Program-made: the position numbers and the translations under genes
Notes under the pieces: generated by a model
Seen by the model: only the letters and a program-made list of their open reading frames with translations
What the model was told of the DNA's origin: nothing
The model's database searches: none
Part shown: positions 58,253 through 64,000 of the stretch, in pieces
Numbering within the stretch: the stretch's first letter is position 1
Layout: each line of letters opens with the position of its first letter
From: an uncultured Methanolinea sp.
GTDB lineage: Archaea; Halobacteriota; Methanomicrobia; Methanomicrobiales; Methanospirillaceae
Direction of reading: 5' to 3'
DNA length: 64,000 nucleotides
Assembly (NCBI GenBank): GCA_964452625.1
Contig: CAYVMJ010000001.1
Coordinates: 489,914-553,913 of the forward strand

Positions 58253-58346
58253 TCTTTTGGTCAAACTGTAGTGTAAAACCGGATTACATCAGGCAGTGTA
58301 ATTCTTCTGCTTAACCGTCCGAGTATGATTGGAGAGAGAATTCTCC

Positions 58347-59027
58347 ATGAGACTCGGGGTGCTGTGTTCGGGGGGTAAGGATTCGCTCTTTGCATGCTGC
58401 CGGGCGATGCAGGAGGAGGAGGTAGCCTGCCTTATCACGCTGGTCCCGGAGAACCCCGAGAGTTATATGTTTCACACCCCGAACCTCCACATGGTGCCCC
58501 TGCAGGCAGAGGCGGCGGGCATTCCCCACGTGGTTGTGAAAACCGAAGGAGTGGAGGAAAAGGAACTCGATGACCTCTCTAGGGCGATCTCCCTTGCCGT
58601 GGAGCGCCACGGGATCGATGGAGTGGTCACGGGGGCCCTGATGTCGGTATACCAGTCCTCCCGCATCCAGCGAATCTGCCGTGCCCTTGACCTCTGGTGT
58701 TTCAACCCGCTGTGGTATACAGACCCTGCTTCATACATGGAAAAAATGCTCTCTTCCGGTTTTCAGGTGATCATCTCCGGCGTCTCTTCAGCCCCGTTCG
58801 ATGAGTCATGGCTGGGGCGTCCGCTCGACCGGGAGGCCCTTGTTGAACTGCGACACTATGCCCGGAAATACCGCATCACCGTGACAGGGGAGGGAGGCGA
58901 ATACGAAACACTTGTGCTGGATGCGCCCTTTTTCCAGAAGAGGATCGTCATAGAGGAATCAGAGACGAGGTTCCGGAACCACCGGGGAATTCTTGGAGTG
59001 AAAAGGGCCAGGCTGGAGGAGCGATGA
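58347..59027 (+). CDS. dph6: Diphthine-ammonia ligase (Dph6, MJ0570-type PP-loop ATPase)
   Basis: PP-loop VLCSGGKDS and EGGEYET motif. Confidence 0.75.
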   Translation: MRLGVLCSGGKDSLFACCRAMQEEEVACLITLVPENPESYMFHTPNLHMVPLQAEAAGIPHVVVKTEGVEEKELDDLSRAISLAVERHGIDGVVTGALMSVYQSSRIQRICRALDLWCFNPLWYTDPASYMEKMLSSGFQVIISGVSSAPFDESWLGRPLDREALVELRHYARKYRITVTGEGGEYETLVLDAPFFQKRIVIEESETRFRNHRGILGVKRARLEER

Positions 59028-59584
59028 TCCTCCTCGTCGATCCGGCATACCGGCCACATTCTCTTTCGTGCGATGAATTCGTGGACCCCGTGGCACGGAT
59101 CGTCAAAAGATGCGGGAGATCGTGGAGATACTGGCACTATGCAGGTATGCCTGACTGGGAATGGGAGGAAATCGAAGGCATCATCCTCTGTGGAACCGCA
59201 CTGAAGGATAACGGGTTCATGGATCACCTTGATCGATTCTCCTGGATAAGGGAATCCACGGTTCCGGTCATGGGAATCTGTGCTGGGATGCAGATCCTCT
59301 GTCTGGCATGCGGGGGATCGGTCTGCGAGGGCTGCGAGATAGGGATGACGGATATCCATGTCTCGGTCCCGCACCCGTTCCTGCCCCCTCCCCCGTCATT
59401 CCAGGCTTATGAACTCCACTCGTTCTCGTGTGAACCGCCCCCCGGGTGGAAGACGCTCGCGGTCTCGGGCAGAAGCATCCAGGCGGTTCGCGATCCGTAT
59501 CGCCCCCTCTTTGGAGTGATGTTCCACCCGGAAGTCAGGAACGAACGCGTCCTGGAGGTATTCCTCGGGATGTGCGGGGATTGA
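59024..59584 (+). CDS. Class I glutamine amidotransferase
   Basis: GICAGMQIL nucleophile elbow and FHPE His region. The start overlaps the dph6 stop. Confidence 0.65.
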   Translation: MILLVDPAYRPHSLSCDEFVDPVARIVKRCGRSWRYWHYAGMPDWEWEEIEGIILCGTALKDNGFMDHLDRFSWIRESTVPVMGICAGMQILCLACGGSVCEGCEIGMTDIHVSVPHPFLPPPPSFQAYELHSFSCEPPPGWKTLAVSGRSIQAVRDPYRPLFGVMFHPEVRNERVLEVFLGMCGD

Positions 59585-59804
59585 AGGATCCTGCCGGGTG
59601 TTTTGAGAAGAGATGAATGAGAGGGTTATCAAAGGGGGAATTCACCGGAATATCTGCTGGTAAAAACCACATGATTCACTTCGAGACACACGAATACAAA
59701 ATGAAAAATTGCGAATGCGATTTTCATAGTAACTGCCCGTGACCGCCATGCCGTCGAACCTACCCGATGAAAATCACGAAGTGAGTTTGATTCGAAAAGG
59801 TATA

Positions 59805-60983
59805 CTACCTGGCCGGGATCCCGTTCTCCTCTGCTATCTCTCTGAAGGCCGAGGCCACGTATTCGGCCTGTTCACGGGTCATCCCGTAGGAATTGAACTT
59901 CCAGACCTTCGTTGCCCCGGGGATTATCCCGGCAATTCCGCGTGCTTTCAGCGCGCTTGAAAGGAAGTATCCGCGCTTCTTGTGAGTTTTTGCCACTTCA
60001 TCGAAGGACTGGCTCGTGTCCACACGGGTGAGCGTGTGCTTCCTCGGGTATTCGCTCCGGATCTCGGTGCCCCCGATTCCCTTCAGCGCATCGGTGATCA
60101 TCCTGCCATTCGCCAGTTCCTGGTCCCAGTGCTTTACCCGCTCCCTTACATGCGGGAATGATGCCATCATCCCGACGAGTGTCACGCCCATCAGGGTGCA
60201 CCCCATCATCTCCACTTCCTTGATCCCGAATGACCGGGAGGTCACATCGGTTTTTGCCGAAGTGGTGCGGAAGACGTCGGCCGCCCGCTCGGCCGTTGCC
60301 GCGAGCACGCCGGACGGTGCAGGAGCGGCCATGCTCTTGTGCCCTGATCCCACGATGAAGTCAGCCCCGATATCTTTTCCGTCGACTCCCATGATGCCCA
60401 CTGTATAGGCGCCGTTTACGAGGACTGGGATATCATACTGGTGGGCTGTCCGTGTAATCTCCTTCACAGGGTGCACGTTTCCATACTGGTAATCCACGTG
60501 ATCAACGAAGAGGAGGGCAGGAGTCTTCCCCGTCTCCCGCATGACTGCTTCGATCTTTTCTGCTGCTGCGTCCGGTGTGATGAGGTTTCCGGGAGTCTTT
60601 GGTATCTCCCGCAGAAGCCCTCCCCTGCTCTCGACAGCGAGCACTTCGGTATAGTGAGAGAGTGCAGTGATAAGGACCGGATCTCCCTTCTGCACGTAGG
60701 TATCCGCAACGGCCTGGAACCCCCGTCGGGCACCGGGGACCACCCGGGCAACGTCCATCTGGAGGAACGCGGCGAGATCGCGGATGAATGCATCAACAGG
60801 CGGGATTTTTATATAGTCCAGCCTGAAAGGCTTACGGCAGTTGTCACAGATCGAGTATCCGTCCCCATACGAAATGACTGCCTTCATCGCTTCCGCAGTC
60901 AGGCGCCCTCCCACCTGGATCGGGTCGATGTTGATACACGCTTCATCCACATCACGCACATCGATCGGGCCTGCACACTTCAT
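59805..60983 (-). CDS. pscS: O-phosphoseryl-tRNA:Cys-tRNA synthase (SepCysS)
   Basis: PLP-lysine region GSGHKSMAAPAPSG is characteristic of SepCysS. Length is 392 aa. Confidence 0.85.
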   Translation of the reverse strand: MKCAGPIDVRDVDEACINIDPIQVGGRLTAEAMKAVISYGDGYSICDNCRKPFRLDYIKIPPVDAFIRDLAAFLQMDVARVVPGARRGFQAVADTYVQKGDPVLITALSHYTEVLAVESRGGLLREIPKTPGNLITPDAAAEKIEAVMRETGKTPALLFVDHVDYQYGNVHPVKEITRTAHQYDIPVLVNGAYTVGIMGVDGKDIGADFIVGSGHKSMAAPAPSGVLAATAERAADVFRTTSAKTDVTSRSFGIKEVEMMGCTLMGVTLVGMMASFPHVRERVKHWDQELANGRMITDALKGIGGTEIRSEYPRKHTLTRVDTSQSFDEVAKTHKKRGYFLSSALKARGIAGIIPGATKVWKFNSYGMTREQAEYVASAFREIAEENGIPAR

Positions 60984-61162
60984 GGCACGAGCTCCCGCCG
61001 GAGAATCTCCACTCTCTTCTCGAGCGTGTCAAGCAATGCGGCTGCTTCCTCCCGCTGGGCGGGCGAGAGCACGTGGGCAGGGGCTGTCTCGCGAAGCATC
61101 ACCCGGATATCAGTGAGGATGAACATCGACTCGAAAAGTGCATCTATCGCTGGCCTGGACAC
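60980..61162 (-). CDS. Small helical protein translationally coupled upstream of SepCysS (possible SepCysSn/SepCysE-like helper)
   Basis: 60-aa ORF with a 4-nt overlap with the pscS start. Confidence 0.35.
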   Translation of the reverse strand: MSRPAIDALFESMFILTDIRVMLRETAPAHVLSPAQREEAAALLDTLEKRVEILRRELVP

Positions 61163-61324
61163 CGAATCACCATACTAATATGAGAGACCCCCACTATAAG
61201 ATTCCCTGCAGGCCCGGGTGCAATCCCGCTCCGCCGGATATGGGCATAACGCTCTTTTCACCTGCCGTGAGACAAGGGATGGATACACGACGCCGGCACG
61301 AACGCTGTTGCGGGAATAGCGCAG

Positions 61325-62959
61325 TCAGAAACTCTTCTCCAGCCCGTCGGAGAGGGAGGTTCTCTTCTCCCGGTTCAGTTCCGCGATGTAATCCTCGAAC
61401 CTGTGGATGCGGGTGCTGACCGGGAACGGGATGCCGATGGTGCTGATGATCGCTTCACCCCGGTCGAGGGTCTGGATCTCGATCTCCATCCGCGAGAGGT
61501 CCTGCTTCGCACTTCCCACGATGATGTCCCGGTCTCCCCGGTCGCCGAGGCCCATGACCACGAACGTGTTGATCTGGGCGAGCACCTTGGGATCGATGTT
61601 CTTCGGCTGCTGCGTGATGACGCAGAGCCCGACGCCGAATTTCCTCCCTTCCATGGCACATTCCCTGAATACCTGCGTGGAAGACCCGCCGCTTGCAAGC
61701 ACCCTCTGCGCCTCTTCGATGGTGATCAGCACCTGGTGGGATGCCTCCTGTCTTTCATCGATGCCGAATGTCCGTGCATCGGAGCGGTGCCGTTCCATGA
61801 TCATGCGGGTGATGATCGAGAGCACGAAGAGTTCGCTTCTTTCACTCATGTCCGGGATGTCAATCAGGACCACCCTGTCCTCGTGGAGATTGCCAATAAT
61901 TTCGGAGATGGAAGAGCCCCTTGACCTGAAAAACGCACTGTTTCCATTGACTATGTTATCGATATGGCTCTTGATCACGCGGACGGGTCCTCCCATGGAG
62001 TTGCGGATCTTCCAGGCCAGGCTCCCCTCCACGACTCCCGCAGCCGCAGGGTCCCTGATGGGGAACAACTCCGGGTCAACAGTCCTGAAGAAATTGATCA
62101 CCTCGCTGCCCTTCACTCCGGAGAACGCTTCCACTATCTCGTGCTGGGCCGCGGAGAGGTCATAGAGGATGGAGAGATCCCCGATCTTGAGGTCGTCGTA
62201 CTCTATCCAGAGCCTGTTCATCCCGTACTTCTTCCGGTCGGCTTCGGGCCGGATGGTAAAGATTGCGAGACCTTCCCTTCCGGCCGTATAATGGACAAGT
62301 CCCCCAGTGGGTTCACCGATCGAGGATCTCCCGCCGCTCACGTACTCCCCATGGGGATCGACTATGAGAAGGCCGAACTTCCTTTCATCCATGCAGGAGG
62401 CGCAGAAGGTCTTCATGAAGTTGCTCTTGCCCATCCCTGTCGTGGCAAACACGCCCATGTGCTGAGGAAGGACTCGTGCGGGGATCCTGACGGCGACATC
62501 ACGGATCACGTCCTGGCCGCTCCGCATCAGGCCGACCTCGATCTCGCCCATCTGTTCGGTCAGGAACCGGAAATCGTCTGCATCAGGGTCTTCCACCCGG
62601 GAGAATTTGGAGGGGATCGTCCGGGGCTTGTGGAATTTGCCATCAGCACTATCAACGAACCCGAGCGGCACTGCATCCACGGTGAAAAACACGTCCTCCC
62701 CGAGGCCATAGAACTTTTCGGCATACACCCGGGTGTCCCACCTGGTATCGGCGAAATTGCTGTCGTGGGAGAGATCGGTCACCTTTGCAAAGAAGACGAC
62801 TCCCTTGGTATCATCTGTAATCTTCTTGATATCGCCGATGTAGGGCCTGGAGTCGTAGGGTGCGATGAAGCGGTATGAAAGAACGCTTCGCCCGATCAAC
62901 CGGTATTTGGAATGATCAACTCTTTCAATATCGTGCAAATTCGTCATGATAATCTCCAA
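61325..62959 (-). CDS. herA: HerA-type (DUF87) ATPase/helicase
   Basis: Walker A GVFATTGMGKSNF. It is operonic with nurA. Confidence 0.75.
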   Translation of the reverse strand: MEIIMTNLHDIERVDHSKYRLIGRSVLSYRFIAPYDSRPYIGDIKKITDDTKGVVFFAKVTDLSHDSNFADTRWDTRVYAEKFYGLGEDVFFTVDAVPLGFVDSADGKFHKPRTIPSKFSRVEDPDADDFRFLTEQMGEIEVGLMRSGQDVIRDVAVRIPARVLPQHMGVFATTGMGKSNFMKTFCASCMDERKFGLLIVDPHGEYVSGGRSSIGEPTGGLVHYTAGREGLAIFTIRPEADRKKYGMNRLWIEYDDLKIGDLSILYDLSAAQHEIVEAFSGVKGSEVINFFRTVDPELFPIRDPAAAGVVEGSLAWKIRNSMGGPVRVIKSHIDNIVNGNSAFFRSRGSSISEIIGNLHEDRVVLIDIPDMSERSELFVLSIITRMIMERHRSDARTFGIDERQEASHQVLITIEEAQRVLASGGSSTQVFRECAMEGRKFGVGLCVITQQPKNIDPKVLAQINTFVVMGLGDRGDRDIIVGSAKQDLSRMEIEIQTLDRGEAIISTIGIPFPVSTRIHRFEDYIAELNREKRTSLSDGLEKSF

Positions 62960-63956
62960 ACAGGATGTCGAAGGTCTGTCGCCTGATGCCCGTTTCGGTG
63001 ATGCGGCGTATCAGGTCCGACCTGACCTGTTCTGTGATCTCCTCTGTCAGTACGACTGTGCGGTGAGCATCGAAGAGGGGGTATGGATACCCGGGAATCC
63101 GGCCGTCGCCTGAGCATGCCGCAAGACGATCCATGATGTTCTTCTCGCGTGACTCGGGCAGATCCTTTGAGAGTTCGATCTTCATGGGGCCTTTTGCCTG
63201 TTGGTGGAGGTATGCCACGTATATCCGGCCGTGCTGCCACTGGGGAAACTGGGAATGGTCGAGAATGGCAGGATCTATCCGGACCCACCAGGGAGCGGGT
63301 ATCCCGTATGCCTCCGCCAGCCCGAAGACGGATGGCAGAAGGGGATGACCCCCGCCCCATGTAGCCGATGTGCGCTTGCTCACTCCGGCAAGGTCGATCT
63401 GGCGTGCCCTGCATATCTCCTCAATCCTGGAAAGGACCGGGTCATGGCTTGCATGGGAGACCCGGAGCGGACCGTCACGCAAGAGGAGCGATCCCTTCTC
63501 CAGGGTCGCCGCCATCTGTTCGGCGACCCAGTACTCGAGGGTGTCACGGAGGATCCCGGCGACACGGGTGCGGTCATCGTTTTTCAGGGGGGTGCCGGGG
63601 CTCTCGCCGAAGCATTCCTCGTAGAGAACGAAAAAATCCTCGTTGTCCGGACCGGGGCCGATGATTCCGAATTGCATCGAGGAGAGAGACCTCCGTCTTC
63701 TCTCTGTGTTGAAGAAGGTGCTCTGGGCTGCCCGGAAGAGAACGATCGCCATGCTCCCCGACTCCATCAGGACGGCATTGCTCCCGTCCACCGCACATAT
63801 ATCATGTGTGGGGCAGGGTTCGCAGGAAGAGAAATCGGAAGCCCTGATTCCCCCGTGCTCCCCAAACTTTTCCACGAGGTTTCCGGGCACTGTGTCCCGG
63901 ATGCGTATCGCCATTTCATCGGCTGCTCTCTCGTATTCCCGGTCGCCTTTCGTCAT
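62925..63956 (-). CDS. nurA: NurA 5'-3' nuclease
   Basis: NurA-type ICAVDGSN motif. It overlaps the herA start. Confidence 0.7.
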   Translation of the reverse strand: MTKGDREYERAADEMAIRIRDTVPGNLVEKFGEHGGIRASDFSSCEPCPTHDICAVDGSNAVLMESGSMAIVLFRAAQSTFFNTERRRRSLSSMQFGIIGPGPDNEDFFVLYEECFGESPGTPLKNDDRTRVAGILRDTLEYWVAEQMAATLEKGSLLLRDGPLRVSHASHDPVLSRIEEICRARQIDLAGVSKRTSATWGGGHPLLPSVFGLAEAYGIPAPWWVRIDPAILDHSQFPQWQHGRIYVAYLHQQAKGPMKIELSKDLPESREKNIMDRLAACSGDGRIPGYPYPLFDAHRTVVLTEEITEQVRSDLIRRITETGIRRQTFDILFGDYHDEFARY

Positions 63957-64000
63957 GTCAGCTCCTGCACCCTGCTCGACTGGTCGGCCGCCATCTCGAC

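Noticed and set aside
61325-63956. NurA-HerA as a defence system component
   Set aside because: This is the canonical overlapping nurA-herA operon found in the core genomes of most archaea for DNA end resection. It has no defence-island context here.
1-64000. CRISPR arrays or rRNA genes
   Set aside because: No regularly spaced direct repeats of 25-40 nt or rRNA-like stretches were seen. The only short tandem paralogous repeats are the precursor-gene duplications described above.

Overview
Archaeal chromosomal window, apparently from a high-GC methanogen of Methanomicrobiales type: AglB, SepCysS, NurA-HerA, ThiI, Dph6 and a COG1373 archaeal ATPase are all present. Three zones stand out. (1) Positions 1 to about 13080 are an integrated mobile element. 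Nearly all its genes are on the minus strand. A tyrosine integrase sits beside the 3' fragment of a tRNA, which I read as an att site. The element also carries a PrimPol plus SF3-helicase replication protein and AT-rich cargo: a 1744-aa STAND/NACHT-like NTPase, a PD-(D/E)xK (Mrr-cat/NERD-like) nuclease, a 190-aa hypothetical and a HEAT-repeat protein. The cargo looks like a defence island. (2) Positions 13.2 to 43.5 kb hold mostly housekeeping and membrane genes: chagasin-like inhibitor, secreted C39-like peptidase with three PPC domains, aquaporin, UDG family 4, LysE, SPFH, ThiI, NERD-domain protein, MFS transporter and AglB. Oddities here are a STAS-kinase fusion and a CPBP protease interrupted by an in-frame TAG. 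(3) Positions 43.6 to 58.3 kb are a lower-GC RiPP supercluster. It has a lasso-peptide cassette (B1/PqqD, B2, C and two precursor genes with conserved promoter elements), a PRTase-PqqD fusion, two HPr-kinase-like P-loop proteins and an ABC exporter. It also has two paralogous Cys/Gly-rich precursor-like ORFs with a near-identical leader, next to two radical SAM/SPASM enzymes, a PqqD homolog, an S26-type peptidase and an NTP_transf_5-like nucleotidyltransferase (a SynChlorMet-like cassette). The window ends with Dph6, a GATase, SepCysS with a small coupled upstream ORF, and nurA-herA. No CRISPR array or rRNA was seen. Many long ORFs in the six-frame track are antisense artefacts of the high GC content and were ignored.
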